Assembly (NCBI GenBank): GCA_951406725.2
Contig: OX597814.1
Coordinates: forward strand, 158,720,001-158,784,000
Reading direction: 5' to 3'
Length of the DNA: 64,000 nucleotides
DNA from: Octopus vulgaris
Taxonomy: Eukaryota
The notes below the pieces were generated by a model. That model made no database searches. It was not told where the DNA came from and saw nothing but the letters and a program-made list of their open reading frames with translations. Shown in pieces: positions 1 through 13,483 of this stretch. The first letter of the stretch is position 1; each line of letters opens with the position of its first letter. The translations under genes were made by a program, and so were the position numbers.

Positions 1-416
1 GACGGAGTGTCATTCAAAGATAAACAGCACAGATGGGGCTCAGTTAGAATTTTCTTAAGGTCGAGTAGCCCATCCCACTCAAAAGGTTCCTGAATAAGGG
101 TTGTTTAAGGATGTTGAATGAAACACCCATGTCTCCAAAGATGAATTATCCAAACCCCAAAGAATTCCTCTCAACACATGACTATGATGCTCCCCCACTA
201 CTTCTGCTCATGATCAGGGATGCACTTATCATCAGCCACTAAGGAACATGCTCAACTGGTTATGGCCAAACAACTGACAAGCAAATCTGTGGTATTGAGC
301 AGAATATTTTCTGTAGCCCATCTTTTATACCAAGACAAAGCAAAGTTCATAATAACACTTCCAATCAGTTAAGATAAGAAGCCATGAAAGCCACTGCCTG
401 GTACTGCATCAGGGCA
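1..416. mobile_element. Partial copy of the ~555-bp (TTA)n-flanked repeat
   Basis: Colinear with about 4150-4563. Confidence 0.85.
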
Positions 417-419
417 CTA

Positions 420-466
<47 letters not shown>

Positions 467-698
467 CATCATCATCATTTCATAAGGTGACAACCTGGCT
501 GCATCATCAGAATGCTGGATTAGATACTTAGCAGTATTTTGTCTGTTCAAATTATATAAGGTCAACTTGGCCTTTTATCTTTTCAGGGTCAATGAAATAA
601 ATACAATCTGAGCATTGGGGTCAATGTAATTGACGTACTCTCCCTCAAAATTGTTGGCCTTGTGCCAAACTTTAAAACCATTATTATTTATTATTATT

Positions 699-1183
699 GA
701 GTGAGAGAGCAGCACACTCCATCAAAGTGATGCTGGGGTACAAATATATGAAGCCCAATATACCCAATATACCTGTCCTGACCACCTGTCTGATAAGGAT
801 ACATCAGGCACATGCATCATAACTACATGCACTGAAAATGGTAACCTTATATCATGATAAACAGTGTATGACCTTTCAGGCAGAGCTCAGTTAGAATTAC
901 AAACAAAACACCTGTTTTCAGAGATGAATTATGCAAACCCCAAAGAATCCCTCTTGACACATGGCTATGATGCTCTCAAACTACTCCTAGTCATGATCTG
1001 AGCTACACATCTCATCAGCCACTAAGAGATATGCGCAACTGGTTAAGGTCAAGTAAATCTGTGGTATTGAGCAGAATATTTGTTGTAGTCTATCCTTTAC
1101 ACCAAAACAAAACATGTCCATGTTAATACTTCCAATCAGTTAAGATCAGAAGCCATGAGAGCCAGTGCCTGGTATTGCATCAG
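699..1183. mobile_element. Copy of the ~555-bp (TTA)n-flanked repeat with an internal deletion
   Basis: Colinear with 4010-4563. Confidence 0.85.
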
Positions 1184-1185
1184 TA

Positions 1186-1238
<53 letters not shown>

Positions 1239-1264
1239 GTTGTTGTTGTTGTTGTTGTTGTTGT

Positions 1265-1690
1265 TTTGTATTTGTACAATTATACAAGTTGACTCCAAGT
1301 CTCACCTAGAGACCTCAAGAAACAACAGGTTAAAAGTTCAAGTTGGTTTTATGCCTAGAGTGCCATATATTTGGTTTTACACAAAGTATTGTTCTAAAGA
1401 ATGTTTAAGAAAACATAAGAAAATTATAAGTTTGTTTTAAAATTTGAGATTACATTGACAGTATTTTATGTAGGATGTGGGCAGTTCCCTTGAGCACTAT
1501 CTTTTGGATTTCTGCTATTCTGGGGTCCACCCACTTTTGCTATTCTGGGAATCACCCACTTACTTTTGCTATCATCCCTTGGGCACCTATGACAACAGGT
1601 ATTGTTTTAGTTTTGCCGTTCCACATTTTGCCAGTTTCTATTTCAAGATCTTTATATTTGCTCAGTTTTTGGTAGGTCTTTTGGTAGGCT
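1265..1690 (-). mobile_element. R4/Dong-clade non-LTR element 3' end (restriction-like endonuclease C-terminus plus 3'UTR)
   Basis: KLSKYKDLEIETGKMW..KTIPVVIGA.G...EIQKIVLKGTAHILHKILSM* with the stop at 1450-1452; the 3'UTR runs into (CAA)n(TAA)n. Confidence 0.85.
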
Positions 1691-2394
1691 GAATAATGAG
1701 AGAGCTCCGCAATGAATAAGAGAGAGAGAGAGAGTTCTGTGCTGAATAACAACATGGATGTGCTACACTGGGCTCTCTATAAAAAACAAATCTAATCTAA
1801 TAACATCGATGGAATGGGATAAAAGAACTTGTGGAAGACTTGAAGGAAGTGGTCTTTTAACGAAAATAATCGCAAAAACGAAATTTTACAGTCATACAAA
1901 GCACAGTTTCTCCCATGCACGATGTCTGTGAAGCATGTGTGAAAGACATGCGAAATCAACATCAGAAAGTTTACAAATTATAAAATACAAGTGGAACAAA
2001 ACTGTAAGTACATAAATTGATTAATTACACACACTTGAATGTCTATACAATCATATATACATTTTAATACACATAAGACTACACACACATTCTAATGTTT
2101 ACACAACTACATGAAATTTACAGGACACACATACACGCATATGAAAACATGTGTCACAAACGAAGCAAAAAATAACAAACAATTTTTTTTAACTAACACA
2201 GGCAGAGTGAACAATTCATAAGTTTAAAAACACCCCAATAAAACCTATGCCCGGAGATAAATCTTTCAACATAAAAAATACAGATGAATACAGATCTGTT
2301 AGCCTTAAGAAGCTACATTACGAACAATGTTCTCATTAAGAGAACTCAGAGGCAGTGTTGTCTCAAAAAAAAATTATTATTATTATTATCATTT

Positions 2395-2940
2395 ATAGCT
2401 TCTTTTCATTATAATTTTATTTCAGCTGCCTTAGTACAGGGCATCCTTTGGAGGACAAGAGCAGCAAGGGCACTTTTGTTTTGCTATGCATGCTAAAATT
2501 ATAACCACATTCATTCCATTTTAGATGGCAAGTGCTTTCCATAGCATATGGGCTGTACGCATTAAGGATATCTTTTGTAGTTTACAGAGGTTGAAGTTAC
2601 TGGGGACTTGCTTAATATACTTCAGAGCTCCCTTCTTTATCATTCCCAATGCACCAATTACTATTGGTATTATCATAGTTCTAAGCTTCTATAGTTGTGA
2701 TTTCAGTTTGCAAATCTTTATAGGGAAAAAGCTTTTTGTATTCTTTTCTTAAGATATTTTGATCTTGTCGGACTGACATATCTATTAACAGACAAGTTCG
2801 TCTGTTGTAGTCCTTGATCACAATGTCTGCTTGATTGGAGTCAATTTTTCTGTCAGTTTGTACTGGGAAGTTCCAAAGGATGGTGACACCTTCGCCATTT
2901 ACTACATCCTCTGGATGGTGCCTGTAACACTTATCAAGGG
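2395..2940 (-). mobile_element. Second R4/Dong-clade fragment (RLE domain), different subfamily
   Basis: HHPEDVVNGEGVTILWNFPVQTDRKIDSNQADIVIKD...CLLIDMSV...IPIVIGALGMIKKG...LQKISLMRTAHMLWKALAI*, with (TAA)n on both sides. Confidence 0.85.
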
Positions 2941-2991
2941 ATTATTATTATTATTATTATTATCATTATTATTATTATTATTATTATTATA

Positions 2992-3175
2992 TGTTTGGCT
3001 TTTGCTTTGTATTTTCACAAATTGACTCCATGTGTCACCCAGAGACTGCAAGAGACAACAAGTTAGAAGTTCAAGTTGATGTTATGACTAGGGTACCATA
3101 CTTTTGGTTTTGCATAGTGTATTGTTCTAGAGAATATTTGTCAATGCATAAGAAAACTAGAAGTTTGTATTAAAA
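2992..3175 (-). mobile_element. R4/Dong 3'UTR-only fragment
   Basis: Aligns with 1265-1442 and abuts a (TTA)n tract. Confidence 0.75.
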
Positions 3176-3269
3176 GTAATTTGGTGGTAAGATGATGGTG
3201 TGATCTTAAGATGACAGTAAAAAGTGTTATTATCATCATCATCATCATCATTATTATTATTATTATTAT

Positions 3270-3955
3270 TATGCTTAGTGATATTTCAACTTTCTTCACG
3301 TTCTGAGTACAAATTCCAGTGAGCTCAACTTTGCCTTTCATCCTTTCGGGGTCAAAAGTACCAGTTGAGTACTGGGGTCAAAATAAATGACTTACCCCTT
3401 CCCCCAAAATTGCTGGCCTTGTGTCAATATTTGAAATCATTATTGTTATTATTAATATTAATGCAGTGAACTGGCAGAATTATTAGCATACCTGCCCAAA
3501 TGCTTAATGGCATTTCATTTGTCTTTATGTTTTGTGTTCCAATTCTGCTGAGGGAAACTTTACCTTGTATCCTTTCAGGGTCAATAAAATAAGAACCAGT
3601 TAAGTACTGGGGTCAATGACATCAACTAGTTCCCACACCTAAACTATCAGGCCTTGTGCCTATAGTAGAAAAGATTGTTATTATTATAATTATGGTGGTA
3701 AGCTGGCAGAATCACTAGCATACTGGACAAAATGCTGAGTAGCATTTCTTCTGGTTTTATGTTCTGTGTTTAAATTTCACCAAGGTCAACTTTGTTTTTC
3801 ATCATTTTGGGATGAATATAAGTACCAGTTGAGCACTGTGGTCGATGTAATTGAGTTACCACTTTCCCCTAAAAATTTCAAGGCTTGTGCCCATAATGGA
3901 AAGGACTATCATTATTATCATTATTATTATTATTATAATTATTATTATTATTATA

Positions 3956-4009
<54 letters not shown>

Positions 4010-4562
4010 GAGTGATTGAGCAGTGCATGCCATCAAAGTGATACTGGGGTAAAATATACAAACCCTAGTATAACCATCATGACTACCCATCTGATAAGGG
4101 TACACTAGGCACATGCATCACAACCGTATGTGCACGACATGGTGATCTCATATCAAGATAAACAGCACATGACCTTGCAGGTGGGGCCCAGTTAGAATTT
4201 TCTTCTGATTGAGTAACCCATCCCACTCAAAAGGTCCCTGAATAAGGGTTGTTTAGGATGCTGAACGAAACACACATCTTTCCTGAGGTGAATTATTCAA
4301 ACCCCAAAGAATCCCTCTCAACACATGGCTATGATGCTCCCCCACCACTTCTGCTCATGATCAGAGATACACATATCGTCAGCCACTAAGGGACATGCTC
4401 AACTGGTTAAGGTCAAACAACTGACAAGCAAATCTGTGGTAGTAAGCAGAATATTTTCTGTAGCCCATCTTTTATACCAAGACAAAACAATGTTCATGTT
4501 AACACTTCCAATCAGTGAAGATCAGAAGCTACGAGAGCCACTGTCTGGTACTGTATCAGGGC

Positions 4563-4648
<86 letters not shown>

Positions 4649-5180
4649 TTAATATTAACTGAGGTGATGAGCTTGCAGAATCATTATCATGCTAAGAAAG
4701 ATGGTTTGCCCAGCTTTACGCACTGGGTTCAAATTCTGCCAAGTCAACTTTGCATTTCATCATTTTGGGGATGTTGAGTACTGGGGTCAATGTAATTGAC
4801 TTAACTCTTCTACCAAAATTTCAGACCTTATGCCTTTAGTAGAAAGGATTATCATTATTATTACTATTATTATTATTATTATTATTATTGTTATTATTAT
4901 TATTGTTATGATCATCACTGTTACTAGACATTGTGTGTACAAATATTTTATATTTGGAATCAATGCCCTTGATACTAGATCACAACCAGTTTCCTTAGAT
5001 ATAAAGGAGCTTTCTTACAATCCTTGCCATTCCCAAAAGAGCAGATTACCAAATTGATGCAACTCTCATTGTTACATCAATCTCAATAAACCTGCCAAGT
5101 CTGGCAGAATCATTAGTACCCTGGGAAAAATGCTTAAGGATCTTTCCTCCATTTTTACATTCTGCATTTAAATTCAGGGC
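3270..5180 (+). repeat. Cluster of diverged SINE-A copies separated by (TTA)n
   Basis: Copies at about 3275-3440, 3460-3675, 3693-3905, 4660-4850 and 5095-5180. Others at about 485-680, 30220-30420, 36718-36932, 43325-43500 (-) and 47320-47515. Confidence 0.8.
4010..4563. mobile_element. ~555-bp non-coding interspersed repeat flanked by (TTA)n, most complete copy
   Basis: Three diverged copies in the same orientation (about 1-416, 699-1183, 4010-4563) with the same termini gagtga.. and ..tcagggca; the visible ends abut (TTA)n. Confidence 0.85.
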
Positions 5181-5183
5181 ATT

Positions 5184-5185
5184 TA

Positions 5186-5228
<43 letters not shown>

Positions 5229-5255
5229 TATTATTAACATCTTCATCATCATCAT

Positions 5256-5294
<39 letters not shown>

Positions 5295-5343
5295 TCTCAT
5301 CATTATCATCATTGTCATTGTCATCATTGTCATTATTATCATT
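5184..5343. repeat. (ATT)n/(ATC)n microsatellite
   Basis: Seen directly. Other (TTA)n tracts at 419-478, 1188-1264, 3908-4009, 4565-4655, 47513-47605, 52822-52936, 59452-59552 and 59790-59945. Confidence 0.95.
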
Positions 5344-7281
5344 ACATAACAGAAACAGCTTCCTTCAAGTAAAGGCATTGGTCAAAATATCAGACTAGCA
5401 CACAAACCTCTCCTATTTTACAAGCTTTGTTAACTTTTTCTCCAGTACAGACAGACACTGATTTTCTTAGATAATGGTTTTCTTTTGAATAAGAATGTCA
5501 TAATTTGATTAGAGTTTCTTTTAATTACCTTCCAATGGCCTTTCCTAAATTATAAGTCAAAGGATTTCTTTTCACACAAGAAGTTTGATGACATCAAAGC
5601 AAACTAAAAGACATAGTGGTCGGAGCCAATCTGAATAACAGTGATACATTTTTATAACCAGATATAAAATGATTACTTAGATTGACCAAAGATGTTTGAG
5701 TGAAATTTGGCTGCATGAAACTATGCAGGAGCTCGTTAGAAGGACCATGACCTACTTTTGGGTTGTCACACTGCATAATGCTGATTCTACTTGAGAATTA
5801 CATTGAATTTATGTGTGTTTGTGACACATGAAGCTACTTTCTTCATTAATTTAATGGATTACTCATTCAGTTGATTGGATAACTAGGCACTCAAACAATG
5901 AAATTGTTATGAGAGTCCATTATTTTTAATATAAATTCATTGGCTCAGATAGAGTTTGGCCTGCCCAAAACATGTCCTGAGTTGCTGCCCCTTTCCGCCT
6001 ACCACCACCCACACAAAAATTGTATATCACAGTATATACTAAGTTCCACCTCAAGGAGATGCAACTAGGGTCACCCCATTCTGCTCCAATCCTAGAATAT
6101 AGAATATGTTATCCATTAACTTCAATATTAAAATATACATGCAAAAGAAAAATAAATAACCAGAATTTGAAACTATATCAAGAATATCAAAATATATAAA
6201 GATATTGTAAGAGATATTAGAATAAACAGCTTAAATGCTTTCATATTTAATTATCCAATTAAATTTTATGTGAAAAGGAGCAAATGAAACTTTGATCAGA
6301 AAGGTAAGTAAAGTATATCTTGATACATTTCTACATAAAATATTCATGAGAAAGATAGAATATATAAATATAATTTGAAACATATAAGTGGTATATCTGG
6401 CAGCAAGGTTACTAGATGTGTACTTGGAACATAAGATGGGTGATATATCTGAGCATCTAATGGGGTTAAGAGAGAAGCATAAAACTATATTTAGAAAGTA
6501 AAACAAATACCATATTTCATTATCATATTTCAGCACAGAAATATAGGCTTATACATGTTTCTCTTCACATGTAAAAAAAAAAAAAAAAAAAAAAAGTAAA
6601 AAGAAAGTAAAAAAGATGCTACTTAAGAAAACTGTTGCAGAACTTAATGAACATTCATTTTCTCTTTTCAAATGTACCATAATTTGTTCTGGCAATTAAT
6701 ATATAAGAGCAAAGTAAATTATAATGAAGGGGAAAGGAGTCTGAGCTATTTTTACCTCTTGTAAAGATTAAGCAATATTAGGTTAGCAGTAAATCTCGCA
6801 AACATCTCAATATACATATCATGTTTTCATGATATCCACACTATATACGTTCTTACAGAGCAAGCAGCTTACTACCAACCAAGGTAAATTGAATTGTATC
6901 CAGCATATTGTAAACTTAGTAGCTTCTCACCTGCTAGATAATACTTTTTTTCTAATCTTATGTTGATTAAAGATAAGAAAAAGACTTTAATGCAATTTAA
7001 AAAACTTATTTTTAAGCACTAAAACTTTTAAGTTGTTAAAATAAATTATACTTCAATTTTGTATCTATATATCACAATCTGTTTTGCAAACTACACACAT
7101 GACACACACATGTGCACACACGTGCACATGCATACATGCACACACGTGTGCACGCACATACACACACAAAGATGTCTGTATGTGTAAACACCAAAAATAT
7201 TCCTACACACATACATATGGATTGATAGATAGATAGATAACAAAACAGAGAGAGAGAGACATACACATATATATATGTGTG

Positions 7282-7321
<40 letters not shown>

Positions 7322-8697
7322 TGTTTATACAGATATACTTTTTCTGTATCTCCTCCATTTTCCCCACTACTGCCACACCATAACCCCCACCCCTTCAGTA
7401 CACTTTCATTACTTTAACCCTCCCACTGTAGTTCAATTTCTGCTACTGCTGTCTACTTTAGTCACCCACTTTTCACATAGCCTTGAATGAATGGAGACAA
7501 TTAAAAGTAATGAGATTTCCCCTGCTCTTAGTTTCATGAAGAACATGACAAACTCTCTATTGCTGGTGTCACAATGAATTGCACTAAGTACAACTCTAGA
7601 ATAAGGATGGTATTATGAAGGATCTTCGACATAGAAACCATACCAAAAATGGAATAGCAATTCTGATGTTATCCTCCAACCAATTTAGGAGAGCAGGAAC
7701 TTCAAAATAAAAACTAATTTGAACCATTGTAACCTTTCCAACTCATACCAGCATATATATTCATGCATACATACATCATCATCATATAGCATCCATTTTC
7801 CATGCTGGCATGGTTTAGATGGCTTGACTGGAACTGTTAAGTCAGAAAGCTGTACAAGGCTCCAGTCGGGTTTGCTTTGGTTTCTATGGCTGGATGTCTT
7901 TCCTAATGCCAACCACTCCAAGAATGTAGTGGGTGCCTTATACATGTCACCAATGCAGGTGTCTTTTATATGTCACCAGCACAAGTGTCTTACTCACATG
8001 TGCACACAGACACACACACACACACACACACACACATTCTTTTGTTCTTTTACACATTTCAGTCATTTGATTGTGGCCATGTGGGAGCACCACCTTAAGA
8101 GGTTTTAGTCAAAGAAATCAACCCCAGAGCTTATTCTATTGGTCTGTTTTGCCAAACTGCTAAGTTACAGAGACATAAATACTTGACCATTGCTTGTCAA
8201 GCGATGGGTAGGGGGAACAAACACAGAATCAAAGGCACACACACACAATATATATATGATGGGCTTCTTTCAGTTTCCATCTACTAAATCTACTCACAAG
8301 GCTTTGGTTGGCTCAAGACTATAGTAGAAGACACTCACCCAAGGTGCTATGCAGTGGGACTGAACCACACAGCAACGCCTGCATGTAAAGATACTAACAT
8401 ATTTTCACAACTATAAATCTGTTTGGCATTGTAGTTAAGCTTCTATTGCCATCTCACCAAGAATTGTCACATTCACCTATTTTAGCTCTTTAGTCTTGTA
8501 AGTTGCAAGGCTGCCTTACCAATGCTGGTGTCAAAAAAAAAAGAAAAAAGCTCCCAGTAGCCACTGTAAATTGGTTGGTATTAGAAAAGACACCCATCCA
8601 TGGAAATCATGCCAAAATAGACTAGAGTTTGAAGCAATCATCCAACTCATCAGCTCTTTATTAAACTGTCCAACCCATTCCACCATGGGAAGCAGAC

Positions 8698-8718
8698 AGA
8701 TGATGATGATGATGATGT

Positions 8719-8770
<52 letters not shown>

Positions 8771-8825
8771 GGTGGTGTTGGTGGTGATGGTGATGGTGGT
8801 GATGGTGTGGTGATGATGATGATGG

Positions 8826-8856
<31 letters not shown>

Positions 8857-8945
8857 GGTGGTAGTGGTGGTGGTGGTGGTGGTGGTGGTGGTGATGGTGA
8901 TGATGATGATGATGAGGAGGAGGAGGAGGAGGAGGAGGAGGAGGT
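8698..8945. repeat. Compound (GAT)n/(GGT)n/(GAG)n microsatellite
   Basis: Seen directly, grown from an RTE-tail repeat; a similar tract lies at 37054-37218. Confidence 0.95.
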
Positions 8946-9724
8946 GGGGGGAACAAGATATTCATAAATTATAGTGCTTTCGAAAATGTAATTAACCTTT
9001 TAAAAACATAATTTAGATTACAAAGAATGTAATCTGGCTTGTAAAAGTAAATATTTAATTCATATTATTTATTCATAGATAAGAATATTAAAAAAATAAA
9101 ACTTTTGTAATTATTTTCAAGTTATAACTGACTTTCACTTCATTGCTATAGTTAGATTTATATCATACTTTCTGGTCTCCTCAGTTATTAAGTGCATAAT
9201 TATATAGAAAACATCAATTAAATGCTAATTCTGTAACTAATTTTATTTTATTATATCTATTTTATTTTCAAAATTTCTGACCATTATTTTCATGTAATTT
9301 GCATCATCACACCAAATCAATATCATAATAATGTATATTGAACATTAAAAGCAATAATGACTATCATCACCTTTTAAAATACCACTTTATTATCTCATAT
9401 TTCTAAAATATTTATCACCATTTCTCAGTTTATCAAAAACATAATTATTTTCAGTATTTAGTTATGTCCTTTAATGTTCTAAGATCAAATCCTGCTGGAC
9501 ATAAGTTTAGCTTTCATCCTTTGGAGGTTGATAAAATGAATACCAGCTACTAAGGATCAAATCTGAGCTAAGTATAGTGTGCCAATTTTAGAAACCAATA
9601 TTTTAAAAACAAATGTTTTCTGATTCCATATAAAGGTTATTAAAATTTAAATGACTTTAATGTGTTAAATACAAAAAATAATTATGTGAAAATAAGTGTG
9701 AAAATTTGATTCTTTATGACACTA

Positions 9725-10005
9725 GTACGGTCTAGTGGTTAGGGTGTTGCACTCATGATCATGAGATTGTGGTTTCAATTCCTAGATCAGGTGGTGCCTT
9801 GTGTTCTTGAGCAAAACACTTCATCTCACATTGCTGTGCAATCATTTTCACTTGACACGTGGTACATTATGAACCTGTTCAGGCAACGTCAATTTGATGA
9901 AGAGAGTGAGCATCATATATTTGATCACTAAAAGCAAAATCAATTGTGTAGATCGTTTAGTAAAATCTGAACACTCATACATCATCTTTGACAGGAGAGT
10001 CCATC
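9725..10005 (+). mobile_element. tRNA-derived SINE family D
   Basis: A box ggtctagtggttagg, B-box-like ggtttcaattcc and CORE-like cttgagcaaaacactt. A second copy lies at 34455-34705 and a head-only copy at about 42600-42730 (-). Confidence 0.7.
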
Positions 10006-10142
10006 ATGTTATTAGTAATTATTTTATTGATTCCAGTAATATGAGGGAAAAAAAGCCAATACAAGCAATATTTGAATTATGAGAGTTGAAGTATTAAACC
10101 TGATCTAGTTTAGACTCAACATATCTTTTGTTTTTTTTTTTT

Positions 10143-10426
10143 ATCTTTTACTTGTATCAGTCATTAGACTGCAGCCAAGCTGAGGCACCTCCTTGAAGAA
10201 TTTTTAGTTAAATGAATTGACTCCAGGACATATATATTTTTAAAACTGGTACTTGTTCTATTTGTCTCTTTTGCTGAACAGCTAAGTTACAATGGATGTA
10301 AATACACCATCACCAGTTGTCAAGTGGTGGTGGGAGACAAAGACAGGCACAGACACAGCCACACACACACCAACACACACACACAGACACACACACACAG
10401 ATACACAGACACGACATGCATATATG

Positions 10427-10493
<67 letters not shown>

Positions 10494-10657
10494 GCTATGG
10501 GCTTCTCTCAGTTTCCATCTACCAAATCTACTTACTAGACTATGGTCAACCTGATGCTATTGCAGAAGACACTTACCCAAGGTGCTACACAGTGGGACCG
10601 AACCCAGAACCATGTGGTTTGGAAGCAAACGTCTTACTACAAAGCTGCACTTATGCC
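10143..10657 (-). mobile_element. SINE family B with an expanded internal (TA)n/(CA)n tract
   Basis: Reverse-complement colinearity. Further copies at 8038-8365 (-), 38033-38190 (+) and 53490-53650 (-). Confidence 0.8.
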
Positions 10658-10999
10658 TATATGATGTTAAATATTTTAGACTAAAACGCCATTTCAGTTT
10701 AGATACTTTTTGATAGTTTCTTTAAGAGTTAAAGCAGTGTGCATGACCTTTACTAACTCTCTGAGACTGGTTATTAATGCAGAAACACTTTCAAAAGAGA
10801 TAAATGCTGGAGATCACTTTCTTTTACAACATCTACATGAAGTTATTCTATCAGAATAAAAAAGCGAGTTACTAATTGCAATAGAACAATTTTTTGTAAC
10901 TGAAATCATTTTACATTTAAAGATACAAATTTTTAATTGGATATTCTTTGAAAAAACCAATTATAACCATTACTCTTTTTTTTTTTTTAATCACAAACA

Positions 11000-11490
11000 T
11001 AGCTACAAGGCCTTATTGCATTGGAGTAGCTTTGTGAAAAGCACATTTCTTAAATTAATGAAGATGAGACCAGATGCAACTTTAGATTTAATGAGGTTGT
11101 TGATCTTGCCACCAATAGGGACTACTGGTGAAGGGGATTCACTAGTACTGAGTGGGTGTGCAACATTTCTTACATTGTGGACTACCACTTATGGAAACAG
11201 GAGAAGAAATTGATATGGTTTATGTTCAGCTTAAATATCTGTAAGAGAACATCTGTAGGAAAAATGTAGGTAAGAAGAGAATTCCAGAAAGTTGATGCTC
11301 TGAAAAGAAAGGTTTTGGGAAAATTGGTTATTGCAGTGTATGCTTGGTGGTATGGGGTGGCGAGTGAGAGACTGTTAGGAATGAGTGGAAGAGAAATGAA
11401 TATATCAGTGAGACAGGGAAGGGGGGAGATGCAGTAAGCTAGTTTGTGAGGCTTGCCCAAATATCTCAGGCAACTAGCAACTATCTGTCT
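11000..11490 (-). mobile_element. Old L2/Jockey-like LINE 3' end
   Basis: ..FLFRASTFWNSLLTYIFPTDVLLQIFKLNINHI.. matches the LINE C-terminal WNSLP..FP..L..FK motif, followed by a UTR. Confidence 0.65.
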
Positions 11491-13249
11491 GTTCTTCAAC
11501 TCATGTAAAAGAAAAAAAAAATGAAGAAATTAACTGCATTAAACATCAGCTTAAGATGTCAATGTAACCTAATAGTTATGTTATTTTTAGAACTAGAGTA
11601 AATCAGTTCATTTATGCTCCACTGATAGATGTGCAACTAAATGAAATGAGGTCAAGGAATGAGGTTCTGTTTGGAAGGATTCCACTAATTAGCATGAATG
11701 GTACATCTCCAATATATGGGTACAATATTTATATTTTAATGAGCCAAGAATTATTTAATTAATGTGGAGTTGCTACATGCTTAATTCTTTAATTAGGTTA
11801 ATTGCTTGCACCTATGAGCTATTGTTATGCATTGCCATCATCATCATCATCATCATCATCATTCTTTCTATGCCTACTTATTCCAAGTTTGTATGGGTTG
11901 GATGAAACCTCTTGAGGTAGTGTTCTACAACTGAATTCCCTCTTTGATGCCAACACTTATTTGATTTGGTTAAAATGTACTTCTAACTCCATGTCTTCAT
12001 ACATTGCACTGAAGCTGGTTATTTCATTTGTGGCACACATAAACACCATCACTATGGCTGAAATGGTGTCATTATGTTACATATATCAGGCAATCTTTGA
12101 GTTTAGAGCAACATGTTCACTTTTATCTTTGTTTTTTAGTTTTTTTCTTTGGGTTTTTTTTTTGTAGGAGGAATAATTTTCCTTGTAATAATGAAATGTG
12201 GTTGTCTGTAGCAACCCATTTTTTTTACATAGTTAAATAAATTTTGCATAAGTTTTGTAATTATACAAATTCGTCTTGCTAGTAATACAGCCATTATTAA
12301 GAGCTGTGTTGAATAACTGATTGACAAATTTTTATCCATGTGTTGTCAGAAATTTGTAAACTGCAGCTAAAATAACAACTAGTAGTCAGTAGAAATAGGT
12401 AAGTACTAGTGACCAATTAAAAGATAAAGATTGACCAAAGTAAAGGTAAGTAATAAATCATTAATGGAAAGTCCATCTCTGAAAAAATCAATTGAAAAGT
12501 TTCTTTTCATAAGTGGAAATTATGTGGTAAACGTCAATCAAATTTATATTCTATTTTAAATAACATAGACATGAATACCAATGACAAATTCTAAATTATT
12601 TCATATCATAGTCTCCCCAGAGGGCACATTGAATCATTAAACACTGGATTAAGTAGGACATTGAACTTTTTAAAAAATTATTAGCAAAATGTTTTAATTT
12701 AAGATTTACTTTTAAATCTCTGAGAAAAAAAATCTTCACCAGCTGCTTAACATAATGAAAGCAGCAGAAATCTGACAAAGTAAAAGTTGGCATCTAACAA
12801 ATGATTTTATCTTTAATATATATTTTGTCAGATTAACTGTAAAAATGTTATAGGTTTTCTTTAAAAGATACTCTAAATCTGGAAACATTTTTATTCATGT
12901 AAGAAGAATGTAAATTACCACTTAATTATAGGAGTTTATTTATACTGGAACTCATCAAATTCAAAAACGATCAAGCATGTTTAGAATACTAGAAGTATAA
13001 GGATATTTATATTCTGAAAGATAGTTTTTATATTTTGCTGCAAATATTTTTATTGTTATTTGAAATAATAAAAATGTCATCTCTTTTCAACATCATTCTC
13101 TCCTAATAAACAGTTACTTTAAAATGACTTAGTAGGGAGCAGACAATCAAAATATTTAAAGTATCTTCCATAATATAGATCAGCATTCAAAACATCATCA
13201 CTTAACATCTGCTTTCCATGCTGGCATAGGATGGATGGTCTGACTGAAA

Positions 13250-13483
13250 GAAGGTGGTGAACTGGCAGAAACGTTAGCATGCCCGGCAAAATGCCAAGCC
13301 GTATTTCGTCTGCCGTTACGTTCTGAGTTCAAATTCCGCCGAGGTCGACTTTGCCTTTCATCCTTTCGGGGTCGATAAATTAAGTACCAGCTACGCACTG
13401 GGGTCGATGTAATCGACTTAATCCATTTGTCTGTCCTTGTTTGTCCTCCCTGTGTTTAGCCCCTTGTGGGTAGTAAAGAAATA
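13250..13483 (+). mobile_element. tRNA-derived SINE family A, young full-length copy
   Basis: A box TGGCAGAAACG, B box GAGTTCAAATTC and core gcctttcatcctttcggggtcgataaa. 17-bp TSD ggatggt(c/t)tgactgaaa at 13233-13249 and 13484-13500, inside an RTE-tail repeat. Confidence 0.9.

Noticed and set aside
7095-7170. Palindromic CA/TG tract
   Set aside because: Alternating purine-pyrimidine low-complexity sequence, so the self-complementarity is trivial.
9725-9790. tRNA gene candidates at SINE heads (also 13250, 19909 and 47634)
   Set aside because: Only A/B boxes with no full cloverleaf, and they continue into SINE bodies.
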